DNA of 64,000 nt, taken from NCBI GenBank assembly GCA_040437565.1, contig JBDOQK010000050.1, positions 124,001 through 188,000 of the forward strand, given 5' to 3'. The notes below the pieces were generated by a model that saw nothing but the letters and a program-made list of their open reading frames with translations, made no database searches and was not told the origin of the DNA. Positions 24,701 through 35,409 of the stretch are shown here, one piece after another (within the stretch, counting starts at the first letter, position 1; every line of letters begins with the position of its first letter). This DNA is from Albugo candida. Taxonomy: Eukaryota. Both the position numbers and the translations under genes were made by a program.

Positions 24701-25618
24701 TTTTAACACCTAACACGCTAAACAGGCGCAGATTTCTACAGTCTACAAGTATCTTACGGTCGATCCACACGCGCGTTCAGCAAATCAGCACGACGATATT
24801 TGGTTATTACAAAGCGGTAACTCGCAGAAAGCCGAATGCAATCTTATTTGACTCTGAATGCCAGGAGTTGGCATGCTTTGGAAGTATAGCTTAAGTATAT
24901 CGCGCTCTCTAAGCAGCCCCAAGCTATACACGCAAGTATACTAGTTCGCGATGCAGAATAGCACACGAAATGATGACATAATTGCGGAAGGGAATTCGCA
25001 CATAGGCAGGAATTCAAAGTTGTAGTATTGTACTTGAGTACCGAAGATATCATGCAGTATGGACGGATGAGCGAGTCCCTCATGCCAAACTCGACAATCG
25101 ATGGAAGGCAAATCGACTGCTTGAAATCCTAACTTTTAATTGTAGAAATTGTTTTAAAACAGACAGGGATGAATTTTTATGGAATTTTTCAGCTACATTA
25201 GCATCCCTGCAGGTGGTATATCAGTGTGCGTAGCCCCTCGTCATCGTTTCGCTCATCACAATATAGACATCTGATCAGGCGTTCACTGGAATAGAAGACC
25301 GTTCTAAATAAGCGATTATAATTTCATGCAGTTCAAAAGAGGGATTTTCCCGGCATCGGCCAGACGTTTCACCAATTCTAATATTCGAAGTGGGTCTCCT
25401 CACGTTTCCCGACATTTCGAATCCCATTTGCCGTATATATAGCAAGTGCATGCAGTTTCCCGGCGTTATGAGAATCAAATGAAGATGGGTGCTTCCTACG
25501 CAAGAGTTTCTGGTATATTCTGAGAGATTCGCAGCCATTAATTTACCTGTTGATATTTGCTCAATTTTTCATTTTTCAATCGTTGGGACTCGGACACTTC
25601 AATCTTTTGCTTTGGACA

Positions 25619-26356
25619 ATGATAACGCCGATTTTTTCGTCTCCATTTGATCTGCTGCTCTTCTCAGTAGCTTTGACCACGCTACGGGAAGGAAATGGCA
25701 TGCCTATTAACCATTCAGAAAAGCTTCAATCCAAAAGTGTTGAACAGTCAGCGCTGCAAATGCGTAAAAGCTCTTGCTTCGATCTGCCACGAGTTTCGAC
25801 GGTGAAAAATAATCTCCGAGTCGGTACAACTATTTCTTCGCAAAACATCAACGAGAAACGCGTTGAACGGCCATTAGCCGATTGCCAGGACCCCGACTAT
25901 GGCACATTGACCGCTGAACGAGTCCTCACTAGAAATGGACTTCGTCACGAATTACATGAAGATCACTCCGCTCTGTCGAACCAATTCCACAATCTCAATC
26001 TCAAAGATGTTAGCGAAGAAACTCCGATTTCGACTCAACTCCGTGCAGGCACGGAAGCCAAATCGGAGGTCGCAAAAATCAAGAGGCTTTCCCGCCATGA
26101 AGATTCGTATACTGATATAAGTGGTTCGATTGTGAAGAGCTTATATCGTATGCCAAGAGCTGAACGTCACTATAAAGAAAAATCTTCCACATCTTCCGTT
26201 CCTGAGGAAAGGGACTCTGATGATGATCGCTGTAATTCACCGGTCGAAAGCGTGCGTCATAAGTATCCTCGATCCGAACTGGATTATTCGTATCAAGGTA
26301 AATTCTCTTCGAATAACGGACGGGTTAATAGGCTGGGTGGACAAGATCAAATATAA
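25619..26356 (+). CDS. Putative secreted effector candidate, tandem family copy 5, most divergent (245 aa)
   Basis: MITPIFSSPFDLLLFSVALTTLREGNG; NNLRV, SSQN, DCQD and AERVL. The C-terminus is not alignable by eye to the other copies. It shares the upstream AAGATGGGTG and downstream CAAGTAGACTGACTT elements. Confidence 0.8.
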   Translation: MITPIFSSPFDLLLFSVALTTLREGNGMPINHSEKLQSKSVEQSALQMRKSSCFDLPRVSTVKNNLRVGTTISSQNINEKRVERPLADCQDPDYGTLTAERVLTRNGLRHELHEDHSALSNQFHNLNLKDVSEETPISTQLRAGTEAKSEVAKIKRLSRHEDSYTDISGSIVKSLYRMPRAERHYKEKSSTSSVPEERDSDDDRCNSPVESVRHKYPRSELDYSYQGKFSSNNGRVNRLGGQDQI

Positions 26357-27287
26357 ATCCGTCAGGATCTTCTGGAAGGTCACCAACGCAGAGTTGAGAT
26401 TACTGAATCTATACTATCGATCGTTGGTGTACTCAAGTAGACTGACTTGCAATGATAATTAACTCAATGTAACGACAGAATTGAGTGGTGTTGCTTTCAA
26501 AATTTTATACTTACGTTACGCTACTGCCATTTGTGCGCTGATTTCACTCAGCACGTCGGATGATAAAATCTAGGATCGAGTCGTGCAAGTGCTAGATATG
26601 TACATTACTCATGCGATGGAAAAGACAAGTCATGTGTGCTACAAGTGTACATGATTGTAGTATTATTGATTGTCGCCTATAGAAAAGAGACCGTTCTAGG
26701 TCAAGTTGGGAAATTGTGACTGATCGCGACAGAAAATTAAAAAGCTGAGGTATGGTGGTGCTGTACTTATGACGCATACTTCTCGAGGCAAATTGACTAA
26801 TAAGCCACAAGGATTCGATACCATTCTCGACTGCGTACTAGCCACCAAGCACTATTGTTTATCTCAACTCCCATTTAGTGATCACATCATCGCCAACTTC
26901 AACCGCACTGTGCTTCTTTACGAAGATGCCTCCTGATAGATTTCTTCAGTGCCAAAATGCTCATCTCTGAGCGAAAACCCAAGTAGAGCAGCATTTACTA
27001 AGGACGTAGTGACTCTGACTATTCTGTCACAGCTGACTGTATATCATTGATATATATTACGCAACTAAGGACGGTATAAATGTTGCAAACGTGCACACGC
27101 TATGGAATTGTATGTTTCGATTACCTTCGATGGGTAATATGCTTTCGCCATCTTTGAGTATGTGATTAAAGACGCGACTCTCTTGAATTGTCAACGTTAT
27201 AACGATTAACCTAGTCAATTTGACGTGATCAAGGCTTATATACGCTATAATCATCATTAGCGTAATCGAGTGGCTACTACTGTATAA

Positions 27288-27881
27288 TCACGCAGAATCG
27301 CAAGGAGAATTCATAAACGCTACATGGAGAAACTGAATATCTTCAGGTAGTAAATGAACCGGAAACTGAAAAGGTTCACGTGATGCTTGTTCAGATGAAT
27401 GCTTGTTTCCAGAGAATTTTTCTATTTTGGCTCGAATGGAGCTGTGGGCTTCGCATAGCTCCTTACTTTGACCGTCGACCCCGACCACATCCTCAGCTTT
27501 CCTTTTGATGCGTCGACGTTGTTCTAGTCTACGTTGATTTCGATTTGCCATTGATCGATGAAATTCACAAAAACTATGAAGTTTTCCAGTTTTTTTCACG
27601 GCGCGTCGATTAACACACGGTTTACTTGGATACTTGCAAAGTTGTCCGCTCTCAGTTGTATTTGATAGAGTGCTTAATCGTTGAGAGCTTTGTTGACTCG
27701 TGTTTCTATAATGTGGCTTTAAGGAAGATACGGGTACCAGCTCACTCTGAGCAATCGATAGATGGTCTTTGCACTGACTTTTTGAGGAAGCGAATGAAGA
27801 ACCCGATTTGCGTGTTTCTACTGATAGCTGTTTCTCCAAGTCGTCGATACGTTTTGGCCGATTGATAATTGCTGCGGACAT
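27288..27881 (-). CDS. Conserved oomycete-type hypothetical protein with a Cys/His zinc-finger-like motif and basic helix
   Basis: 197-aa ORF containing CKYPSKPCVNRRAVKKTGKLHSFCEFHRSMANRNQRRLEQRRRIKRK. Confidence 0.8.
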   Translation of the reverse strand: MSAAIINRPKRIDDLEKQLSVETRKSGSSFASSKSQCKDHLSIAQSELVPVSSLKPHYRNTSQQSSQRLSTLSNTTESGQLCKYPSKPCVNRRAVKKTGKLHSFCEFHRSMANRNQRRLEQRRRIKRKAEDVVGVDGQSKELCEAHSSIRAKIEKFSGNKHSSEQASREPFQFPVHLLPEDIQFLHVAFMNSPCDSA

Positions 27882-28404
27882 GTGGCTTTGTGTCGAGAAA
27901 GATCAAATGTGAGTATATGATTTCTGTTGATTCAGCTAGCTTAAATATACTTGACAGAAAAACACTAACAATGTGTCGGCTCACTGCGTTAGCTCGCTAA
28001 AAAAGTGCGTGTACGGAATGAATGCAGACGGCTCGCGATGAAGATGTGCCTGCAGTCATACGCGATCATAGCACAACTTTGACTTGTGAAAACGTATAAT
28101 TACATCCAAATTATGTCCACTGCCTAAGGACCTAACCCGGGTAGCTCAAGAAAGTTGTAGCGTTGTCTCGTATATATACTTACATGCTAGAAAGGCTTCG
28201 GGTGTTTTTCATCGTCCATTCATTACAGGGGGTTTTAGTAAACAGGTACACCTCATTCACAGAAAAGCCACTTCCATGGTTATCCTATACGATCTCTAGC
28301 ATCAATGTTGCACGTAAGTAATCGTTTACGTTCTCTAAACTTACTAAAATGAAGAGTGCTTTTTTGCGTATTTATTTGTATCCGATATCGTTATACGACC
28401 AACG

Positions 28405-30493
28405 CTACGGTTCTGGTAATGCGCATCGACATGTCGGGCATTCCATCTTGACTTGCATCCAGTTTTGCAAGCATTCGCGATGAAATACGTGATCGCAGGG
28501 AGCGAGCATGTAATCCCGTGCTTCTAAGTCCAATTCTACCATGCAAATGACGCAATCAATCGTATTCACTTCTCCATTGCCTGTGCCATTGCTTAAGACG
28601 AGAGAAACTTGTTGTATATCAAATCGCCGTTCATAATTATACTTTACAGGGAGAAATCGGGCGGGAATGAAGAATTGAGGACCCAGACGATGTTGTAAGG
28701 TGAGAATGCCGACTTGCAATGCCATCCATAGCGACAAACCCACGCAATATGAAGGATTCCATCTTGTTTCCAGCTAAAAGCAATCGTAAGTGCACATTTA
28801 AATTGACAAAAGTGGCGCGTACCATTGGAAATTCGGTCAAGAAGTTTGCGGGACATCCATAAAAGTATAGAGGTATAAACATACGCAATATACTCATTCC
28901 GTATAGATAACCTGCGTGAAACGGGTTGCGAACTTCCCTAAAAAATGGACTTGTGAGGATCGTAAATACGGTAAGTGTACTCTATGACGCTTACCGTAAG
29001 GCATTATGGACAATTTGCGGAATCCAAAATGAGTACGAAATAACCACTAAAAACGGTAAATAATCCTTGGGTACCAAGTCAGTCTTAACAAACCAATAAA
29101 TCGCAAATTACTTGCCGAAAAATTGTAAAACGCCACTAATCCAAGCAATAATGATAGATAAAATCGAGAATATAATGTGGTGAGTTCTCGACGTAATATA
29201 ATCCATCCCTCCGAGAAGCCCTGAGGACGCCGCGCTTTCCATATAACCAATAAATATCGCATTTCGAAAACAGAAAAAATGATGAGTTTGATAAAGGCGA
29301 CAGACGCGAACGCGGTGAATACATTCTACACAAGAGAGAGTGAGAAATTCCTGTTCGTAGATACAATGAGTGTACCTGTGCAATAATACCAACTGTTAAA
29401 TGCGCTAGACACAAATACGAGTCCAAAATTGCCTGTTGTCCAATTGTTAACAGCGACACCTTTGCAGCAGTTGCTTGTGTGCTTGATGCTTGCAATTGGC
29501 GCAAAACAAAATAAATTTCAGCCATTGAAACAACTGTCATCAAAATTGCGTAATGTGACGCTTTCGAGAAGAATTTGTCCAAATTCTTCTTCTCAAAGGA
29601 GACTTGGAGGGATAAATAGAGACCACAATTCTCGCTGGCTAATGTACCAGTAAACTGCATGGAGCGTAGCATGTCTTCGTACGTTTCAGAGTCACCAACT
29701 TTTGATTCTTTGGACGTCGCTGCAACTTTTCTCTTGTGAATTGAGCTCGATTCGTTTTTGAGTTGTAGCTTGATAACACTGAGGCACTGATCACTGAATG
29801 TATCGGAACTACGAAAGCGAGTTACGAATGAATATCGCGGAGGAGAAATATTTAATGCTTCGTAGTCTTCAGGTTGATGGATCTTTGGGATACCGAATGA
29901 GAAATCATTCTTCTCACGACTCTTGTGCCTTGAGGTCAAGCGATTTGATTCCTGTTTGGGTAAAGGTCGAGTCGTGTTGATCGTAGAGCCGTTCACGTGA
30001 GAACTGGTTGGCTTTTTGTAAAGCAGTTGTACCGTTGCGTCTGGACTGTTTCCAAACAGCGTTAGTTGCCCCAAGTGCCGTAAGAATACGCCTTGTACGG
30101 GCATGATGGTACCAGCAAATGATGACTTTTCCTCATAAATGACGAATTGACCGGTAACATATGCGACATCCGACATAATTTCTTTAGTAGCAGGTGTTTT
30201 CATCTTCAAGAACAACCAAACCAAGCCTTTTTCTGAAGGTGCTTGTGCATATCGTTGAAATTGAATGTCTCTACCTAGCCTCAAGAACGGTCTAAAAAAT
30301 ACAGCGTTGAAAAGTGTATTTTCCATTACCTCTTGCCGACTTACATGATATCAGTTGAATTGGACTGACTGTTGTACTCTTCTACATTGGATGCAAGCCA
30401 TTTTCCTATCATAAGTCTATCAGAATGAATGTATTTTATTCACGGCGACTCAAGTTCGAACCTGAGTACACGCCAGATATACTCAGTGAGGAG
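28405..30493 (-). CDS. Transmembrane RING-H2 E3 ubiquitin ligase, Tul1/FLY1 (DSC complex)-like; multi-exon, 5' end lost in the gap at 30494-30593
   Basis: C-terminal RING-H2 DCVICM...YMLAPCDHVFHRECLQNWMQVKMECPTCRCALP; TM-region motifs AAKVSLLTIGQQAILDSYLCLAHL, FEMRYLLVIWKARRP and LQHRLGPQFFIP; spliced N-terminal SISGVYSG/KW. The track's Met at 30326 appears intronic. The real start may be as far up as ~30671. Confidence 0.88.
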
Positions 30494-30699
30494 NNNNNNN
30501 NNNNNNNNNNNNNNNNNNNNNNNNNNNNNNNNNNNNNNNNNNNNNNNNNNNNNNNNNNNNNNNNNNNNNNNNNNNNNNNNNNNNNNNNNNNNNTTGAGAA
30601 CGATATCGGTATATTGCGAATTGTCTGTGGCACCTAGACTAAGATCTGAATCTGAATCCTTCTCCGGGCATAAATGGAACGAAAAGCTTGATTATGAAT

Positions 30700-31300
<601 letters not shown>

Positions 31301-31975
31301 GCTTGTGCCTTCGTGCCTTTGCTACCTTGGTTCTTTTGTGGGTGGGCCGAGCCAGAATGGATGGTGAATACCCTTCAAGTACCGTGATTGCGCGGTCACA
31401 CCCTAAATAAACCGGTTCATCAGAATTTAACAAAAAATTTAGCTCTGTTTTGAATAATGGAGTATTGGAGCGAGTTAAGAAATTCGCACACTTACGGAAA
31501 TATATCTGTCTTTTTTTATTTAATCGGCTACCCAAACGTTTATGATATTCGTGAGTCTATCGCCAAAAGTTTGCACACAAAATTAGTGCACTTAAGTGCT
31601 TACGGTGTAGCGTTATCGCAAAATTACTACGAAGTTTCGAGGTCAAATTTCTAGTGATAAAGCATTTTCTGATTGCAGACCCTCACACGTCACAATTTGC
31701 CGATGTACCCTTCCCAAATACATTACATGACAATCTGTTACCTTTTGTGAATTAATCATTTGGGAGAGAAAATGCTTGTGACTCCATCTGACCCGCTTTC
31801 AACGTATCTGACAGCACATATACAACGTCTCTCTGCGATGCCAGCTCAGCATTCGCAGTTACTCCGACCCGCCCTGCTGAACAAGCAAGCTTTTCTTTTG
31901 ATGACGTAGCGCTAACGTGGCCACTTGGCGCCTGTAATCACATCTCATTCTAATTCCCGACTCGTGCCAATTACA

Positions 31976-32542
31976 ATGTCAAAAGGCACTCTATACGCAC
32001 TGCTTGCGGTTTGGAGCTGCATTGAAAATGTGATTCTTTGCCAGAATACACAGCCCACCTATATAATTAGAGTTCTGAGCGACATGGTCGCAAATAATAA
32101 TGAGGCCGGTATTACCCAGCTCCTCAGTGCGAACTACCATGATTTCCAGAACACGTACTTCAAGAATGCACCGGCTGAGAGCATCGAAGACGTACAAAAA
32201 TTTATTGTACTATATTTCCCAACATCTTTCCGTAACAAAATGTTAAATATACAGGCCAATGGTGTACCAGACTACAGCCGAAAGGTTCTTGAATTGACGC
32301 TGGTTATGGTTGGAAAACTATACACTCAACTAGTACAACCTTGTACGGAACCTGAGGCGTCTTTTTTGGATTGGGTCAAGTATATTTCCGACAAAATACA
32401 ACCCGAAATTGTGGATCAATCAGTTATTGATATATACAGTTGCATGATTGTCTTTAATGCTCTCAGCTATATTGTATTCCAGGTGATGAAACAAGATATA
32501 GACGGCGCAGATACTGCCAAAGCCATGTCCTTGGGTAATTGA
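31976..32542 (+). CDS. Orphan small secreted protein candidate (188 aa)
   Basis: ATG at 31976 gives a signal-peptide-like MSKGTLYALLAVWSCIENVILC. Intronless, with an INR-like CTCATTCT ~30 bp upstream. No family recognised. Confidence 0.7.
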   Translation: MSKGTLYALLAVWSCIENVILCQNTQPTYIIRVLSDMVANNNEAGITQLLSANYHDFQNTYFKNAPAESIEDVQKFIVLYFPTSFRNKMLNIQANGVPDYSRKVLELTLVMVGKLYTQLVQPCTEPEASFLDWVKYISDKIQPEIVDQSVIDIYSCMIVFNALSYIVFQVMKQDIDGADTAKAMSLGN

Positions 32543-32596
32543 CCTTCGGTATAATATAATATAAAACAACTAGTGTCGAACTATGCATATCAAAAG

Positions 32597-34201
32597 TCAG
32601 TTTAAAATAGGGGGAACAAACCTCATCGCGCGTTCTTCCTCTTCTTCCTCCAAATCGCTCCACTTGTCCTCTGAACCTTCCGAGTCTTCTTCCGTGACCC
32701 AATTAGCGTCGTTCTTGGGTTTCCATCGCATTATTAATCCGTCCTCGCCGGCTGTGTATAATTCACAAGTGCTTTTACGGTACACACAAGACGTAATTGC
32801 CGCAAAGTGAGCAGTTGATTTGATGATTGGTGCTGATCCACACGTTAGTGGCACTCCAAGTTTTTTCTCAGATTTAGCTTGACGATACAAATGAGTATCA
32901 GCTTCCTCATTGGGATGTACCAAATACGATACTAATTCCCCTAATTTCCCATTTGGATGGAAGAGGACGGTACTCCTTTCATCGGCTTCCTGGATGCATT
33001 GCATTCGAACGCTTCTTCCCATGACTCCATTTTTGGCGTCTTGATAGTGTACAAACGCATGAGACCCATTACTTGTGTTCCACAATCGAATCGTTTGATC
33101 GGTACCAGTACTTAAAAGAAATCGTCCATTAGGCGTGAAGCAAAGCGAGTTGATCCCTCCATTATGAGCTCGAACATGCGAATACGACGCCGACAGATGA
33201 GGATCTCGTCGCTGGTGATCAATTCGTTGCTTCTTCTTGTCCTGTTTTCGAGGCAAATGCACGTTGATAGTGCTTTTTGCCCGTTGGATGTCTCGATATT
33301 GGCGACTCAGTGAAGAAATACTCATTTTTGTCATTTTTGTCCTTCTTGGTTCTGCGGTTTGTAACGAACTGCTCTGAGCTTCCCACACTGCCGCTCGGCT
33401 TGGAACCACTGCTTCTCCGTCTTGACTCGTACAATATAAACACGCAGTCATTCCTGATCGCCTGATATCCCAAAAGCGTATTTCACCACGAGAGCACGCC
33501 GTTGCGAGCTCATACTCATTCACAGGTGACCAAGCGAGTGTCCAGACAGAATCTTTGTGTCCCAATAACGTGTGCGTGGAAGCGCCAGTCGCTACGTCAC
33601 ACAATCGAATTTGACCATTACCGGTACTTGCAGCTGCCAGTGAGTGAGTTGTGGCACAGGCTGAGAATTTAACCGTGAATACTTTACTGCCAAGCTTCCA
33701 CGTTTTCACAATAGCAAGCTCATTTCCGTCCCAGATCTGAACGCTTCCTTCCTCATCGAACACGCTTACAACGCAGATACCTCCATCTGGATACCAGGAA
33801 AGAGATGACACACCGCTCGGAAGTGTGCTTGTGAGAGTTGGGCAAGTGCTTGCCGATTGCTGGAGAGCGACCGCACTTTGATTTTTAGAGGTGTTATGTA
33901 GCGATTGTGAGTAAGAAGAAGGATTGCATGGCATTTCGGGTGAATCCGATGAGAATTTGGCGACATCGTATAGCAATAATCGCGATTTCGAGGTTCCCAC
34001 GAGCAGATACTGGTCATATATCGGGTCTATTTCCATGCACCAAATACTCGTTTTTGGTGTATACACGAAGGCAGAGGATGACGCAATCATATGGGTTGTT
34101 TGGTATGCGACACGATGACATGGATATGGGCTCGAAAAACCCATTGTTCGTTCATGAACGTATGTAAACGCAGAACTTGTTTGCCAAGGTGTAATGGCCA
34201 T
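32597..34201 (-). CDS. ERCC8: DNA excision repair WD40 protein ERCC8/CSA (Rad28-like)
   Basis: WD40 repeats with CSA-type signatures IDPIYDQYLLVG, THSLAAAS...IRLCDVATGASTHTLLGH, WDIRRSG and AHNGGINSLCFTPNGRFLLSTGTDQTIRLWN; acidic EDKWSD tail. First ATG at 34201. Confidence 0.82.
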   Translation of the reverse strand: MAITPWQTSSAFTYVHERTMGFSSPYPCHRVAYQTTHMIASSSAFVYTPKTSIWCMEIDPIYDQYLLVGTSKSRLLLYDVAKFSSDSPEMPCNPSSYSQSLHNTSKNQSAVALQQSASTCPTLTSTLPSGVSSLSWYPDGGICVVSVFDEEGSVQIWDGNELAIVKTWKLGSKVFTVKFSACATTHSLAAASTGNGQIRLCDVATGASTHTLLGHKDSVWTLAWSPVNEYELATACSRGEIRFWDIRRSGMTACLYCTSQDGEAVVPSRAAVWEAQSSSLQTAEPRRTKMTKMSISSLSRQYRDIQRAKSTINVHLPRKQDKKKQRIDHQRRDPHLSASYSHVRAHNGGINSLCFTPNGRFLLSTGTDQTIRLWNTSNGSHAFVHYQDAKNGVMGRSVRMQCIQEADERSTVLFHPNGKLGELVSYLVHPNEEADTHLYRQAKSEKKLGVPLTCGSAPIIKSTAHFAAITSCVYRKSTCELYTAGEDGLIMRWKPKNDANWVTEEDSEGSEDKWSDLEEEEEERAMRFVPPILN

Positions 34202-34289
34202 TTCCAAAGCATTGCGAGGTAGTACCGTTCTAATGCATTAAGTTATAGATCACTTGTATTCAATTAATAGAAGTGGCGCAGTAAATCGA

Positions 34290-35288
34290 TTAAATAAGCT
34301 GCAAGGGAGCGTTGTCATCCAATATATACGCTATAGGGATAGCTTGAAATACATTCATATATTGATGACTGGTGCATCGGACGTTGTGGTCTCCGCTCAT
34401 TACAATGTGACAAGTCTTACCGTTTGGAGGAAAGTGTTTGCTTGCTGACAAAGCTTTCGACCTTGACATGGGGTTTGTGATCTCGTGATAAGACGAACGC
34501 TGTGCAATACGATAGAGTACCATGAAACAAGAGAGAAGAGTCCAAACCATTGTCACGCATCCAAGCATCCGAAGCCAACTCATTACAAGTACACTGTTCA
34601 ATTCTAATTTCTCCATCACTTTCAACCCACAACCAGAAACAATAGGGGAATGGACGGATGTAGCGCTTATGTTTCCCACATCACAGGTCTCCATGAAGTC
34701 GGAAAACCAACATAATTGAGTGTTTTTACACGAAACAAAGTATCCCTCCATATGAGTGAAAACCTTGACGTCAAAAGGATCGCAGAGTTTGTACATTGTC
34801 AGGACCAGATGATCGATTTCATTTAACACATATTGATCACTCATGGCGAGAGAAAAACGCGAAGTAAATCCAAGTTTTCTTCTTGCTTCATACAGCAAGT
34901 TTCGGAGATGTTGAAAGCCAATTACGACTGCAACCGCCGCACCGAATTGCGTCAAGAACATTAGTTTTGTACTGCGTCGACTAGCGTTGCTTGTGACCCG
35001 CGAAAGTATTATCATGAGCGCTCCAACGAGTAGCAATCCATAGGCAATAGAGTCTCCGTGTACTTTCAGTACTAACCATATCGAGTCGAACGTGAATAAG
35101 GTAAACACGCTAATCCAAATAATAAATGCTGGTTCTAGGAGTAGCCCACTTGCGAGTATACAGAAAAGTGCGCCACACAACAAGTTCACTACACTTGCAC
35201 TCTGCACGGTGATATGCATGGCTTTCTCGCATTTGCTACTCAGCGACATGATTAGGGAAACGTCAAATGATATTTTCGCCACATGCAT
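34290..35288 (-). CDS. Multi-pass membrane protein with tetraspanin-like topology
   Basis: A cluster of N-terminal hydrophobic segments, then a Cys-containing loop (LC...SCKNTQLCWFSDFMETC...GC), then one C-terminal TM segment. Exact start and possible introns are uncertain. Confidence 0.6.
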   Translation of the reverse strand: MHVAKISFDVSLIMSLSSKCEKAMHITVQSASVVNLLCGALFCILASGLLLEPAFIIWISVFTLFTFDSIWLVLKVHGDSIAYGLLLVGALMIILSRVTSNASRRSTKLMFLTQFGAAVAVVIGFQHLRNLLYEARRKLGFTSRFSLAMSDQYVLNEIDHLVLTMYKLCDPFDVKVFTHMEGYFVSCKNTQLCWFSDFMETCDVGNISATSVHSPIVSGCGLKVMEKLELNSVLVMSWLRMLGCVTMVWTLLSCFMVLYRIAQRSSYHEITNPMSRSKALSASKHFPPNGKTCHIVMSGDHNVRCTSHQYMNVFQAIPIAYILDDNAPLQLI

Positions 35289-35409
35289 ATTACATCGGGA
35301 GAGGAGTCATACTCAAATTAATGTGACTCACGTTATTTTTATTACTGGAATAGGGGATAAACGCGCCCAGTTGGCAACAATGAGAAGAGTGAATAAAGAT
35401 TCTATTTGT

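Larger units (their letters stand above)
1..26450 (+). repeat. Diverged tandem segmental duplication, ~4-5.7 kb unit (gene plus spacer), at least 5-6 units
   Basis: Paralogous starts at 6421, 10890, 14892, 20576 and 25619. Spacer blocks also recur, e.g. ctg.ttYggcca...acgtacaagagatg at ~8640, ~13212, ~18289 and ~23585, and cattcgcatcct-like at 10367, 14426, 20150 and 25196. Confidence 0.85.
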
